From the NCBI GenBank assembly GCA_964634365.1, contig CAZWJU010000004.1, positions 3,927 through 67,926 on the forward strand: a stretch of DNA of 64,000 nucleotides, written 5' to 3'. The notes below the pieces were generated by a model that was given only the letters and a program-made list of their open reading frames with translations, made no database searches and had not been told where the DNA came from. The first letter of the stretch is position 1, and each line of letters starts with the position of its first letter. Both the position numbers and the translations under genes were made by a program. Of the stretch, positions 54,401 to 64,000 are shown in pieces. This stretch comes from an uncultured Candidatus Saccharibacteria bacterium (GTDB lineage: Bacteria > Patescibacteriota > Minisyncoccia > Phycocordibacterales > UBA9973).

Positions 54401-54679
54401 GGTAAGGCTCAAGGTGGAGGACAGAGATTCGGAGAAATGGAGGTGTGGGCACTTGAAGGTTACGGAGCGTCACACATACTACGCGAAATGATCACTATAA
54501 AGTCTGACGATATCATGGGAAGATCTGCAACATTCGATTCGATTATCAAAGGTGAAGAAATGTTGCCACCAAATGCCCCAGCATCGTTCAATGTATTGTT
54601 AAATTACTTGAGAGGATTGGCACTCAACGTAGATCTTAAAAAGAGAGGTCGAACTAAAGAAAAATTAAACGGCGCTTAG
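51488..54679 (+). CDS. rpoB: DNA-directed RNA polymerase subunit beta
   Basis: Full-length collinear conservation (e.g. GPGGLTRERAG, NMQRQA-like, GEMEVWALE). Confidence 0.95.
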   Translation: MSTKTKIEKKYFSKYKKPLVEFPNLLETQLASYKWLIEHGLKEVFKEFSPINDYSEKKFMLEFTSFSLGEPKFDEYYAKANKLTYDAQLKARVKLMNKTLGGSSKEQEIFLADIPLMTDHGTFIINGVERVIVSQLARSFGVFFTDLDLKGKKLFGAKIIPARGVWIEIESDADGVLYVRIDKKRKFSITSLLRVLGFTDEAMLSAATTDEARHILKLSIEKDPAKTSDESFIEIYKRLRDGDLATTENAKDFINSLFSPERYDLSPVGRFRFNKRFGKPMTDKDLERRTISKEDLMVIVEHIISLNNTPNSKADDIDHLGQRRVRYVGELLQQKIRVGMTQIKRNIQDRMSTIDVATALPINIINQRPLQARIKEFFTTNQLSQFMSQENVLNEVEHLRILSALGPGGLTRERAGLEVRDVHTSHYGRVCPIHTPEGPNIGLILHLSTYARVNDFGIIETPYAKVKNGVITKEIVYLNALEEEQYNIAHSGIKYTEDGKIVDEMVEARIKTEPGLVARNEIDFIDVATNQAFSIATSMIPFLENDDANRALMGSNMQKQAMACVRPEAPLVATGMEELASRYSGRLVVAKEDGEVTYVDAKKITVENSKGKKEDYNLMSFQRTNNFSSFHQRPSVSIGDKVKKGMILADTSTTAHGQIALGQNALIAFMSWNGSNYEDAIILSERLVKESKFTSIYIEEFVCIVRDTKLGPEITTRDIPNVGEIKLKDLDEDGIVRVGAEVRENDILVGKITPKGETELTAEERLLRSIFAEKARDVKDTSLRMEHGKRGRIIGVKIFSRDQGHNLESGIIKKVVIEIAQIRNISVGDKLAGRHGNKGVISIILPEEEMPFMADGTPIDIVLTPLGVPSRMNLGQILEMHLGYAANALGYQAVVPSFCGATIEEIKGELVKAGMPESGKMKLYDGRTGEEFEQDIAVGYMYILKLHHMVEDKIHMRSIGAYSLITQQPLGGKAQGGGQRFGEMEVWALEGYGASHILREMITIKSDDIMGRSATFDSIIKGEEMLPPNAPASFNVLLNYLRGLALNVDLKKRGRTKEKLNGA

Positions 54680-54700
54680 TAATCTAAAAAAATAAAATTT

Positions 54701-57700
54701 ATGAAAACAATTGATACAAGTGACTTTGACTACATAACACTCAAACTGGCTTCACCTGAAAATATACGTGAGTGGTCTTATGGAGAAGTAACAAAACCTG
54801 AGACTATTAACTACCGAACAGGACGCAGTGAACGCGGAGGTCTTTTCGATGAGCGAGTTTTTGGTCCAGAAAAAGACTATGAATGTTACTGTGGTAAATA
54901 CCGACGTATTCGCTACAAAGACATTGTGTGTGAAAAATGTGGAGTTGAAGTAACAAAATCTATAGTTCGTCGTGAACGTATGGGACACATAGAACTTGCG
55001 AGTCCTGTTGCGCATATCTGGTTTTTGCGCGGTGTTCCATCTCGGATGTCTATACTTCTAAATATTCCAGTTTCTGACTTGGAAAAGGTGATTTACTTTG
55101 CTGGATACATAATAACTAAAGTCCACGAAGAGGAAAAAGCAAAAATCATAAAAAATATAGAGAGTGAATACAAAGCAAAGATCAAAAGTATTGACGATGA
55201 AGAGACTCGTGAAAAACTTAAAAATCTTCTTGTAAATACAAAAAAAGAAATAGCTGAGATTCATGCTGGAAAAGTTTTAAATGAAATATCTTATCACCAC
55301 TTCTCTTTGAAGTACGGAATTTGTTTTGAGGCAGCTATTGGAGCTGAAGCGATTTTCAATATATTTAAATCTCTTGATCTAGAAAAACTCAAGAAACAAA
55401 CAGAAGAGATGCTTGAGAAGGCAAGTACAATCGACAAAGAAAAGCTAGAGCGCCGAATGTCCCTACTTCGTTCAATGATATATTCCAAGATTCGTCCAGA
55501 GTGGATGTTCTTGAGTGCTATACCAGTTATCCCACCTGCGCTTCGTCCTATGGTTGCTCTCGATGGAGGTAGACATGCGACTAGTGATCTAAACGATCTA
55601 TATCGTCGTGTTATAAACCGAAACAACCGTCTAAAGAAACTAAAAGAAATTGGAGCACCAGATGTTATTTTGCGTAACGAAAAACGTATTCTACAAGAAG
55701 CAGTAGATGCGCTTATCGACAACTCAATCGCAAAGCAAAACGACTCTCAGGCTGTTTCTCAGTCTCAGAAACGTGCACTAAAATCTCTTTCTGATAACCT
55801 AAAAAGTAAGCAAGGTCTATTCCGTCAAAACCTTCTCGGTAAGCGTGTAGACTACTCAGGACGTTCAGTTATCGTTGTTGGTCCTCAGTTGAAACTAAAC
55901 CAATGCGGTCTTCCAAAACACATGGCACTTGAGTTGTTCAGACCATTTATAATTTCAAAGATTTTGAAAAATGAACTCGCTTTCAATATTCGCGGAGCAA
56001 ACAAGCTTATCGAAGAAGGAGTTCCAGAAGTTTGGGCAATATTAGAAGAAGTGATCCAAGGAAAATACGTAATGCTAAACCGTGCTCCTACACTTCACAG
56101 ACTAGGTATTCAAGCTTTCAACCCAGTTCTAATCGAAGGAAATGCTATCCAAGTACACCCACTTGTGTGTGCGGCTTTCAACGCTGACTTCGACGGAGAC
56201 CAGATGGCTGTCTACTTGCCACTTTCAAACGATGCTCAAAACGAGGCTCGTGACTTGATGGCTTCAAACAAAAATCTACTAAAACCTCAAAACGGAGACC
56301 CTATCGTATCTGCAAAACTTCTAGACATCGTGCTCGGTTGTTATTGGATGACAAAATCAGTTGATGGAGAGATTGGTGAGGGTATGTATTTTGCAAGTCC
56401 AAACCAAGCAATCACAGCTTACGACTACGGAATGATCTCATACAGATCAAAAATATTTGTACTTCCTACTGATACAGAAAAGTACAAAGATCTACAAGGA
56501 AAACCATTTGAAACTTCTGTTGGAAGACTATTGTTTAACAGTTGTTTACCAAACGACTTTATGTTTGTGAACGAGGAAGTTAACCAAAAGAAGATGTCTG
56601 CAATACTCGACCAGGTTATTATGCGCTATGGTATAGACGCAACTCCTGCAATTCTCGATAAGATAAAAGATTTCGGTTATAAATACGCTACAAGATCTGG
56701 TGTTACTTGGAGTATCGACAACGTACGTGTACCAGCAGAAAAAGCTGAGATTATTGCACGCGGAAGAAAAGAAGAAGAAGTGATCATAGGTCAGTACAAC
56801 GACGGACTTCTCTCACATGAAGAAAAATACCAAAAGGTAATTGAAATTTGGGAAAGAATCAAAAAAGAACTTGAAAAGATTATGCCTTCAACTCTCGATA
56901 AAAATGGATCAGTGTATGATCTTGTGATGTCAGGAGCTCGCGGATCTATAGCTCAGGTTACTCAGATGGCTGGTATGAAAGGTTTGATTCAAAACACTAC
57001 TGGTAAGATTATCGATTTCCCAATCGTTCCTTCATTTATAGAAGGTCTATCACCACTAGAATACTTTATTACTACACACGGATCACGTAAGGGTCTAGCC
57101 GACACAGCTCTAAACACAGCTAAGGCTGGTTATCTAACACGTCGTCTTGTGGATGTTGCTCAGGATGTGATGATCTCAGAAGATGACTGTGGAACAAAAG
57201 AAGGTAAAAGACTTGTCAAAGAAACAATTGCAGGTATGGAAATATCTCTTGCAAAAAATATCCGTGGACGTATTTTGCACGCTGATATAAAAGATGCGAA
57301 CGGAGAAGTAATGTTTAAAAAAGGACATCTGATTACAAAAGAAGAATCACAAGCAATTGAAAAAGCTGGAATTACAGAAGTTACAGTACGTTCACCACTT
57401 ACATGTAAAACTCTACATGGCATATGTCAAAAATGTTACGGTCTAGACTTAGGAAGAAATAAACTTGTTGAAATCGGTGAAGCTGTAGGTATAGTTGCAG
57501 CGCAAGCTATCGGAGAACCTGGTACTCAGCTTACACTCCGAACATTCCACGCCGGAGGTGTTGCGGGAGTGGACATTACACAAGGTTTGCCTCGTATCGA
57601 AGAAATATTCGAAAGACGTGTTCCAAAGAACCCAGCTGTTGTATCAGAAACTGATGCACTTGTTACTGAAGTTTCAGACAAAGGAGCTGAGAGATTTATC

Positions 57701-58315
57701 AAGGTTCTATCAGACACAAAAGGAGATGCTAAATCAAACGAAATTGTTTATGAAGTATTGCCACGAAGAAACATATTGGTTAAGGTTGGAGAAAAAGTAA
57801 AGAAAGGCGAACTTCTAACTGATGGATCTGCTGATATAAACGAAATATTCAAATTTGGAGGTATTGAACTTGCTGAAGAGTATATCGTCCAAGAAATAAA
57901 CAAAGTTTACGAACTACAAGGAGCTTCAATTTCTCGTAAACATATTGAAATCATAATCCGTCAGATGTTCTCAAGAAAGAAAATCAAGCACTCTGGAGAC
58001 ACTACATTTTCTCCTGGAGAAATAGTAGAAAACGTAGAACTTATAGAAGAGAACGAGCGTACAGAGAGTACTGGTGGAGAGCCTGCAAAAGCTGAAAATA
58101 TTATTCTTGGAATTACTGAAACATCACTTACTACTAAGAGTTGGCTTTCAGCTGCTTCATTCCAAAACACAAACCGTGTTCTTATAAACAACGCAGTTAG
58201 AGGTGGTATAGATACATTGCGTGGACTAAAAGAGAACGTGATTATCGGAAGACTTATTCCTGCTGGAACAGGATTTCGTGAAAGACAAAAGAGAGAAGAA
58301 GGCGATTTAGATTAG
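54701..58315 (+). CDS. rpoC: DNA-directed RNA polymerase subunit beta'
   Basis: Zinc finger CYCGKYRRIRYKDIVCEKCG, NADFDGDQMAV catalytic motif, trigger loop, C-terminal conserved region. Confidence 0.95.
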   Translation: MKTIDTSDFDYITLKLASPENIREWSYGEVTKPETINYRTGRSERGGLFDERVFGPEKDYECYCGKYRRIRYKDIVCEKCGVEVTKSIVRRERMGHIELASPVAHIWFLRGVPSRMSILLNIPVSDLEKVIYFAGYIITKVHEEEKAKIIKNIESEYKAKIKSIDDEETREKLKNLLVNTKKEIAEIHAGKVLNEISYHHFSLKYGICFEAAIGAEAIFNIFKSLDLEKLKKQTEEMLEKASTIDKEKLERRMSLLRSMIYSKIRPEWMFLSAIPVIPPALRPMVALDGGRHATSDLNDLYRRVINRNNRLKKLKEIGAPDVILRNEKRILQEAVDALIDNSIAKQNDSQAVSQSQKRALKSLSDNLKSKQGLFRQNLLGKRVDYSGRSVIVVGPQLKLNQCGLPKHMALELFRPFIISKILKNELAFNIRGANKLIEEGVPEVWAILEEVIQGKYVMLNRAPTLHRLGIQAFNPVLIEGNAIQVHPLVCAAFNADFDGDQMAVYLPLSNDAQNEARDLMASNKNLLKPQNGDPIVSAKLLDIVLGCYWMTKSVDGEIGEGMYFASPNQAITAYDYGMISYRSKIFVLPTDTEKYKDLQGKPFETSVGRLLFNSCLPNDFMFVNEEVNQKKMSAILDQVIMRYGIDATPAILDKIKDFGYKYATRSGVTWSIDNVRVPAEKAEIIARGRKEEEVIIGQYNDGLLSHEEKYQKVIEIWERIKKELEKIMPSTLDKNGSVYDLVMSGARGSIAQVTQMAGMKGLIQNTTGKIIDFPIVPSFIEGLSPLEYFITTHGSRKGLADTALNTAKAGYLTRRLVDVAQDVMISEDDCGTKEGKRLVKETIAGMEISLAKNIRGRILHADIKDANGEVMFKKGHLITKEESQAIEKAGITEVTVRSPLTCKTLHGICQKCYGLDLGRNKLVEIGEAVGIVAAQAIGEPGTQLTLRTFHAGGVAGVDITQGLPRIEEIFERRVPKNPAVVSETDALVTEVSDKGAERFIKVLSDTKGDAKSNEIVYEVLPRRNILVKVGEKVKKGELLTDGSADINEIFKFGGIELAEEYIVQEINKVYELQGASISRKHIEIIIRQMFSRKKIKHSGDTTFSPGEIVENVELIEENERTESTGGEPAKAENIILGITETSLTTKSWLSAASFQNTNRVLINNAVRGGIDTLRGLKENVIIGRLIPAGTGFRERQKREEGDLD

Positions 58316-58381
58316 TTTTCAAGTTTAGTTTCTTGTTGTGCGTGTGCGCTTAGATTTAAAATGTGTGACTTTGGGTGAATT

Positions 58382-60112
58382 ATGCTATCACCAGTTGAAC
58401 AAATAAAAGAAAGGCTTTCTATAGTAGATGTAGTATCTTCTTACGTAAAACTAGAAAAAGCTGGTACATATTTTAAGGCACGGTGTCCTTTTCACAATGA
58501 AAAGACCGCTTCGTTTTTCGTCTCGCCCAGTAGGGGAACCTATCACTGTTTTGGATGCGCCAAAGGAGGGGATATCTTTACCTTCACAGAAGAGATCGAA
58601 GGGTTTGATTTTTCTCACGCTCTAACATATTTGGCTGAGCGTGCGGGGGTCACTATTGCTCGTGAATCTGATTTCGAAAAATCAAAACGCTCAAAGCTTT
58701 ATGCTGTTATGAACGAAGCAGTTAATTTTTACGAGAAAAATCGTAAGAATGATTCTGATGTAAATAAGTATCTATATGATCGTGGAATAAATGAAGATAC
58801 TTTGGTTTTGTTTTCTGTTGGTTTCGCTCCGCTTGCATGGGATTCTTTGGTTAAGCATCTTCGTTCAAAAGGCTACGACGACAAAACAATGGAAGAAGTC
58901 GGACTTTCTTTAAAATCTGAACACGGCTATATAGATAGATTTAGAGGGAGAATTATGTTTCCAATAGCAGACTCTCAGGGGCGCACAGTAGCTTTTACAG
59001 GGCGAATATTTGCACGGCCAAATACCGAAGAGCCAGAAAATGTCGGCAAGTATGTGAACTCGCCTGAGACAGTTTTGTACAACAAGTCACGCATATTGTA
59101 TGGGTATAGCAAAGCCAAACAATCTATTTTACGTATTGGATACGTAGTTGTGGTAGAAGGTCAAATAGACCTACTTGCTGCTGTTCAAGCAGGAACCGAG
59201 AACGTAGTAGCTGTTAGTGGTACTGCTATGACAAAGGATCACTTGGATCTACTTAGTCGCTTTACTGACAAAATATATTTTTCTTTTGATTCTGACAACG
59301 CAGGCCTGAAGGCTGGAGCTAGAGGTATCGGACTTGCTATAGAGTTAGGATTAGAAGTAAAGCTTTTGATGTTGCCAAAGGGTGATGACCCAGCTAGTCT
59401 AATAAAAGAAAAAGGCTTAGAAGCTTGGCAGGCAGTTATAAATCAAGCCAAGCACCCGATAGATTTTTTCCTAGAATCAATAATTGACAGTACAAAAGAT
59501 GATCGTGAAAGATTAAAAAGAGTTAAAAATGAAGTGCTCCCATATCTTGTTATGATCGGAGGCGACTTAGAGAGAGGACATTTTATACAAAAGATCTCTC
59601 AAGCATTAAACGCCAAAGAAGGGGATGTCAGATCAGAAGTTGAGACGTTATTGAAAAATAGGAACAAAGATAGGCTAGATACAATCAATACTCCCATACA
59701 AACAAATCCTACAAAATCAAACAAAGATCGTATAATGGATAGATTAGTCGGTATATACATAATGGGTAAAATTAGAAATGACGCTAGAGTAAACACAGAA
59801 GAGTTAGAGGCAGATTGGCAAAGAATTTTGAACACATCTCTACAAGAGACATTGGATAAAATACCAGATAAAAAAAGAGAAGACATACTGTTTGAATCCG
59901 ATGTGTTTTATCAGACAAAAGAATCACTGAAAGACGATATAAAGATTCTCTGTTTAGAACTAGAAAAAGTTTTATTAGAAGATAGATTTCAAGAATTATT
60001 ATTAGTTTTAAAAAAGAGTGAGTCAGATAAAAATTCAGTTTTAGCATTAGAGACTTTAGGAGAGTGTCAAAAAATATCAAAACGTATCGATGAGATTAAA
60101 AGTCAATTATAA
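58382..60112 (+). CDS. dnaG: DNA primase
   Basis: Zinc-binding CPFHNEKTASF...YHCFGCAKGG, Toprim domain (VVEGQIDLL, DSDNAG). Confidence 0.9.
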   Translation: MLSPVEQIKERLSIVDVVSSYVKLEKAGTYFKARCPFHNEKTASFFVSPSRGTYHCFGCAKGGDIFTFTEEIEGFDFSHALTYLAERAGVTIARESDFEKSKRSKLYAVMNEAVNFYEKNRKNDSDVNKYLYDRGINEDTLVLFSVGFAPLAWDSLVKHLRSKGYDDKTMEEVGLSLKSEHGYIDRFRGRIMFPIADSQGRTVAFTGRIFARPNTEEPENVGKYVNSPETVLYNKSRILYGYSKAKQSILRIGYVVVVEGQIDLLAAVQAGTENVVAVSGTAMTKDHLDLLSRFTDKIYFSFDSDNAGLKAGARGIGLAIELGLEVKLLMLPKGDDPASLIKEKGLEAWQAVINQAKHPIDFFLESIIDSTKDDRERLKRVKNEVLPYLVMIGGDLERGHFIQKISQALNAKEGDVRSEVETLLKNRNKDRLDTINTPIQTNPTKSNKDRIMDRLVGIYIMGKIRNDARVNTEELEADWQRILNTSLQETLDKIPDKKREDILFESDVFYQTKESLKDDIKILCLELEKVLLEDRFQELLLVLKKSESDKNSVLALETLGECQKISKRIDEIKSQL

Positions 60113-60127
60113 TTAATCAAAATAAAA

Positions 60128-61414
60128 ATGAGTAAAAAAACTGCCAAAAAGAAGAAAAAGGTTACTCCAGCTAAAAAGCCAAAAGCTAAAAAAGTAGCCC
60201 CAAAGAAGAAAAAGGTTACCAAAAAGTCTGCTCCTGTAGTATCAACTCCGGCAACGCGTAAAGCCGCATATGCGAAGGCAAATGCAGCTAAAAAGCCAAA
60301 GGAGCGCCCTCTAGGTCAAAAGCTCAATGCTGCTGAGAAAAAAGCTCTTGTATTGGAGCAAAAATCTAGTCTTTTGATCGAAAAGGGTAGAAAGAGAGGT
60401 TTTATAACATACGATGAAATTCTACAAGTTTTCCCAGATATAGAAAACAACATTCTATTTCTAGATGAATTGTATGACAAGTTCACTGTTGCCGGTATCG
60501 ACGTTTTGGAAGGTGGAAACTTGCTCGATGTAGATGGTCCAAAAGATAAAAATGAATACAAGCATGGCAAGGATCATTCATCATACGATTCTATTCAAAT
60601 ATATCTAAAAGAAATTGGTCAGTACCCACTTATCCAAGCCAACGAAGAAAAGGAGCTTGCGAAAAGAATAGAACAGGGTGATCTCGAGGCAAAAAATTTA
60701 CTCGCTAGAGCAAACTTACGTCTTGTTGTTTCTATTGCAAAAAAATATGTAGGAAGAAGTTCAGACTTAACTTTACTAGACCTAATCCAGGAGGGTAACT
60801 TGGGACTTTTTAAGGCAGTTGAAAAGTTCGATTGGACCAAAGGATATAAGTTTTCTACATATGCAACTTGGTGGATTCGCCAGTCTATAACTCGCGCTCT
60901 CGCAGACCAGTCTCGCACTATTCGTATTCCTGTGCACATGGTTGAAACTATTTCAAAATATAAACAAGTTGTTCGACGGCTCTCACAAGATTTGGGACGT
61001 GAACCATTAGCTGAAGAGATCGCAACAGAGATGGGAATAGATGTTGAAAAAATTCATATAATTGAAAATATAAATCAAGAAACTATTTCTCTTGAGCAAC
61101 CAATAGGGGACGATGATGAAAAATCTACACGAGGAGAATTCATACCAGACGATAAAATTTTGAGACCAGACCAAGAATCTTCACGTAGAATATTGTCAGA
61201 TAAAATCAAAGAGGTTTTGGACGAGCTTTCTCCAAAAGAAAAGAAAATATTGGAGATGCGCTATGGTCTAATGGATGGAGTCCAGCATACTCTAGAGGAA
61301 GTTGGGCAAGAGTTCGGAGTGACCCGTGAACGTATTCGTCAGATTGAAGCCAAGGTGCATGAGAAGCTTCGACAAAACGATAAAATACTAAGACTCAAAA
61401 ATTATTTCGATTAA
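60128..61414 (+). CDS. rpoD: RNA polymerase sigma factor (sigma-70 family) with Lys/Ala/Pro-rich N-terminal tail
   Basis: Region 2 ([13 protein letters not shown]), region 3, region 4 ([19 protein letters not shown]); N-terminal ~55 aa [15 protein letters not shown] repeats. Confidence 0.9.
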   Translation: MSKKTAKKKKKVTPAKKPKAKKVAPKKKKVTKKSAPVVSTPATRKAAYAKANAAKKPKERPLGQKLNAAEKKALVLEQKSSLLIEKGRKRGFITYDEILQVFPDIENNILFLDELYDKFTVAGIDVLEGGNLLDVDGPKDKNEYKHGKDHSSYDSIQIYLKEIGQYPLIQANEEKELAKRIEQGDLEAKNLLARANLRLVVSIAKKYVGRSSDLTLLDLIQEGNLGLFKAVEKFDWTKGYKFSTYATWWIRQSITRALADQSRTIRIPVHMVETISKYKQVVRRLSQDLGREPLAEEIATEMGIDVEKIHIIENINQETISLEQPIGDDDEKSTRGEFIPDDKILRPDQESSRRILSDKIKEVLDELSPKEKKILEMRYGLMDGVQHTLEEVGQEFGVTRERIRQIEAKVHEKLRQNDKILRLKNYFD

Positions 61415-61419
61415 AAATA

Positions 61420-61456
61420 AAAAATCACTCGACCAAGGTCGAGTGATTTTTTATTT
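61420..61456. terminator. Bidirectional rho-independent terminator
   Basis: aaaaatcactcgaccaaggtcgagtgattttttatttt. Confidence 0.8.
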
Positions 61457-62184
61457 TAAAGTAACTTGTCTATTAGCTGTTCCATTATATCTAGTGGTAT
61501 TGCGCCAGATACTGGATAAGTTTTACCTTTTACTATCAGGACATTGTAAGGAGTGCCTTTTGCACCAGCATTTTCACCTTCTTTACGATTTTCTTCTACA
61601 TAAGTAGCGTATTTGCCACTATCTAGACATTCTGTGAATACTGCCTTATCTAGACCCAAATCTCCAGCTATTGTGTAAAGCATCTTAGGATCTAGTCCGT
61701 CATTGGATGGTGTTATGCTGTAAATTTCATCGATATATTTCCAAAACATATCATTTCCACCTTGTTCCCATGCGCACTCTGTAGCTTCTGCTTCTTTGGC
61801 TGCTTTTGCATGAAGTGATTCGATTGGGAAGTGTCTGTATACCCAAGCTACATCTTCACCATATTTTTCTACAGTTTCTTGTAGAACATCGTGGAATCTC
61901 TTGCAGAAAGGGCACTCTGTATCTGAGTATTCAACTATAACTATTTTTGCATCAGGACTACCTATTATGTGATCTCGCTCGGTTATAGGGGTAACTTCAA
62001 CAGTATTTTTAGCGTTTATTATATTTTCTAAAAAGGCTTGTTCCGGATCTGGGTTTGTGCTTGTTTTTACACCGCCTGAATTTGATGCAAATATAGCTAT
62101 GGCTATTAAAAAACCAGCCAGGACTATAGCACTCGGTAAAGTTAGTAAATTTTTCTTGTTTTGTGGTTCATTTTCGTTTGTCAT
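61456..62184 (-). CDS. Membrane-anchored DsbA-like thiol:disulfide oxidoreductase
   Basis: N-terminal TM, thioredoxin fold with CPFC active site. Confidence 0.75.
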   Translation of the reverse strand: MTNENEPQNKKNLLTLPSAIVLAGFLIAIAIFASNSGGVKTSTNPDPEQAFLENIINAKNTVEVTPITERDHIIGSPDAKIVIVEYSDTECPFCKRFHDVLQETVEKYGEDVAWVYRHFPIESLHAKAAKEAEATECAWEQGGNDMFWKYIDEIYSITPSNDGLDPKMLYTIAGDLGLDKAVFTECLDSGKYATYVEENRKEGENAGAKGTPYNVLIVKGKTYPVSGAIPLDIMEQLIDKLL

Positions 62185-62253
62185 AATGGTAATTGTATCT
62201 TATTATTATATAAACGTCTAATTCATGAAATGTGTTGAAAAGACTATGTTTTT

Positions 62254-63552
62254 ATGCTAATATTAGCCCACATGTTTGAAACAATTCCAAGCCTCCAAAC
62301 CATCGTAATTTATAGCCTTTCTTTCCTGTCTTTGTTCGTGCAGGTGTTTTTTCTTGTTACTTATATCGAGAGACGCAAAGATATTTTGATCAGAAGAAAA
62401 GATATTGTTTTGAAGAGATATCCTTCGGTCAGCATAATCGTGCCTTGTTACAACGAAGAGAAAACTTTATACAAAACTGTTAGATCTCTACTCGATTTAG
62501 ACTATCCTAAAAATAAGCTCACAATTATTCTTGTAGACGACGGAAGTATAGATGGTACTTGGTCTATAATGCAGAAATTTTCTAAAAATAGTCAGATACA
62601 AGTTCACCGCAAAGTAAACGGAGGAAAGCATACAGCTATGAACTGGGGTATAGAACATTCAGATTCTGAGCTTATAGGGGGATTAGACGCCGATTCTTTT
62701 GTGGACAAAGAGGCGCTTAAGCGTATAGTAACGTATTTCAATGACCCTACCACTATGGCTGTTGCACCTTCTATACTTGTTTATCGCCCAAACAATATTC
62801 TTCAGAAAGCACAGAAAGCAGAGTACGATATGGCAATATACACAAAGAAGATGCTTGGATTTTTAGGTGGTATACACGTTACGCCTGGTCCGTTTTCAAT
62901 TTTTAGAAAAAAGGTATTTAACGAGATTGGTCACTATAAAAAGGCTCACAATACAGAAGATCAAGAGATCGCTTTGCGTATGCACGAGTTTGGTTACAAG
63001 ATAGAACATTGCCCAGATGCATATGTTTACACAGTTAGTCCACGATCTATAAAGGCTCTGTATAAACAAAGATTGCGATGGATCTACGGATTTATAAAGA
63101 ACACATTTGACTACAGAAGACTTTTCTTTAAAAAGAAATATGGGAACCTAGGATTTTTTACGCTTCCGGCTGGTGCTATATCTATAATGTCAGTAATTGC
63201 CTTGGCTAGTATATGGATTTCATACCTAGTTAAATTTATAAATAAAAAGGTTGTCATGTGGGAAACAGTTGGTTTTGAGAGTGCGATATCTCCTAGGTCT
63301 TTTGATTGGTTTTTTATAAACACAGAAGGTATCGTTTTTATGTCTTTTGTGCTCTACAGTCTTATAGTTATGGCTTTAATTTTAGGTCGCAGAATGGGTG
63401 CTGGTAAAAAAGGCTTGTCCTTAGATGTATTTTATTTTGTTGCGGTGTATAGTGTGATCGCTCCAGCTTGGATACTAAAAGCTATATGGAACGCAATAAT
63501 GTCTAAAGAGTCTAACTGGATAGGCGAGCGCAAACCGGGTAGAGTAATATAA
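62254..63552 (+). CDS. GT2-family processive beta-glycosyltransferase (membrane-integrated, synthase-type)
   Basis: IVPCYNEE, DDGS, DADS (DxD), TEDQE and QRLRW (QxxRW) motifs; N- and C-terminal TM helices. Confidence 0.8.
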   Translation: MLILAHMFETIPSLQTIVIYSLSFLSLFVQVFFLVTYIERRKDILIRRKDIVLKRYPSVSIIVPCYNEEKTLYKTVRSLLDLDYPKNKLTIILVDDGSIDGTWSIMQKFSKNSQIQVHRKVNGGKHTAMNWGIEHSDSELIGGLDADSFVDKEALKRIVTYFNDPTTMAVAPSILVYRPNNILQKAQKAEYDMAIYTKKMLGFLGGIHVTPGPFSIFRKKVFNEIGHYKKAHNTEDQEIALRMHEFGYKIEHCPDAYVYTVSPRSIKALYKQRLRWIYGFIKNTFDYRRLFFKKKYGNLGFFTLPAGAISIMSVIALASIWISYLVKFINKKVVMWETVGFESAISPRSFDWFFINTEGIVFMSFVLYSLIVMALILGRRMGAGKKGLSLDVFYFVAVYSVIAPAWILKAIWNAIMSKESNWIGERKPGRVI

Positions 63553-63557
63553 AACTT

Positions 63558-64000
63558 ATGAACAACAAACTTGATTGGAAAAAATATTTACTTGTTTTCT
63601 TTATAACGCTGACTATATTTATAGTTGCTGTTTCTTTGAGTAACTATTTTACAAATAAAAAAATTAACCAAATTGAATCAATTCAAGATAGTATTTCGAT
63701 TGATATATTGTCATCTGAGACACAGTTCTCTTTACTAGAAGAGCTTGCTTGCAGCGATGTTGATGAGACAGTTCTGTCTCAAGAATTGAATTCTTTGGCT
63801 GAGAAGATTACTTATACAGAGCAAAACTTTAGTGAATCAGAAGAGCTAGATCGTCTAAAGAAATACTACGCACTGCTAGAGATAAAAGACTATCTTTTGA
63901 TGAAGAAAATTTCTGAAAGATGTGGAACAGAGTCTGTGTTTGTATTGTATTTTTATACAACTAGTGAAAACTGTAGTGAGTGCGTTAGACAGGGGTATGT
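63558..64000 (+). CDS. Hypothetical N-terminally anchored protein, partial (continues past window); CxxC near end
   Basis: ATG at 63558, N-terminal TM, FYTTSENCSECV motif; truncated by window edge. Confidence 0.4.
   Translation, partial: MNNKLDWKKYLLVFFITLTIFIVAVSLSNYFTNKKINQIESIQDSISIDILSSETQFSLLEELACSDVDETVLSQELNSLAEKITYTEQNFSESEELDRLKKYYALLEIKDYLLMKKISERCGTESVFVLYFYTTSENCSECVRQGY

Noticed and set aside
1-64000. CRISPR arrays, rRNA genes, additional tRNAs.
   Set aside because: No regularly spaced direct repeats and no rRNA-like conserved blocks were found. Only one cloverleaf-compatible sequence (tRNA-Ser) was identified by eye.

Overview
AT-rich, tightly packed bacterial chromosomal segment. 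Genes are mostly co-directional with short or overlapping junctions, and many clean rho-independent terminators are visible. 

Housekeeping content that can be read directly from the translations: 
- Cell envelope and secretion: FtsW/RodA C-terminus (partial), FolD, a PAP2 phosphatase, SecD and SecF, HtpX, MsrB, TrmD, a DsbA-like oxidoreductase and a processive GT2 glycosyltransferase. 
- DNA metabolism: Tag glycosylase, an AddA-like UvrD-helicase/RecB-nuclease fusion, an alkyltransferase-like (ATL) protein, GyrB, DnaE, RNase HII, DnaG. 
- Translation and RNA processing: PheS/PheT, ThrS, L32, RNase III, a short SMC, RNase R, S16 plus a KH protein. 
- Transcription: RpoB, RpoC, RpoD. 
- One tRNA-Ser(GGA). 

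Short PheS/ThrS/SMC, frequent domain fusions and many N-terminally anchored extracytoplasmic proteins suggest a reduced-genome, possibly Patescibacteria/CPR-like organism (inference only). 

Observations worth following up: 
1. A NusB-Nudix fusion. 
2. An L,D-transpeptidase + D,D-carboxypeptidase + CapA-like metallophosphatase triple fusion, next to a secreted TIM-barrel glycosidase and apparently co-transcribed with rnr. 
3. A 5-gene lemA...htpX operon carrying three unknown inserted genes. 
4. A eukaryotic-type glutamine synthetase II with clearly elevated GC. 
5. An HPPD gene, also GC-elevated, inserted into the rpsP-KH-trmD ribosomal operon between two terminators. 
6. A DoxX protein with a metallothionein-like Cys-rich tail. 
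7. A TraB/GumN gene split into two ORFs. 
8. A consensus sigma-70 promoter driving a small ORF plus a ~190-nt terminator-ended untranslated tail. 
9. Several unannotated small ORFs: a zinc ribbon overlapping the thrS 3' end, a 59-aa ORF between pheS and pheT, and a 38-aa acidic peptide. 
10. A tRNA-Ser-anchored stretch of about 14 kb dominated by hypothetical and compositionally atypical genes, with no integrase found. 

No CRISPR arrays, integrases, transposases or rRNA genes were found.
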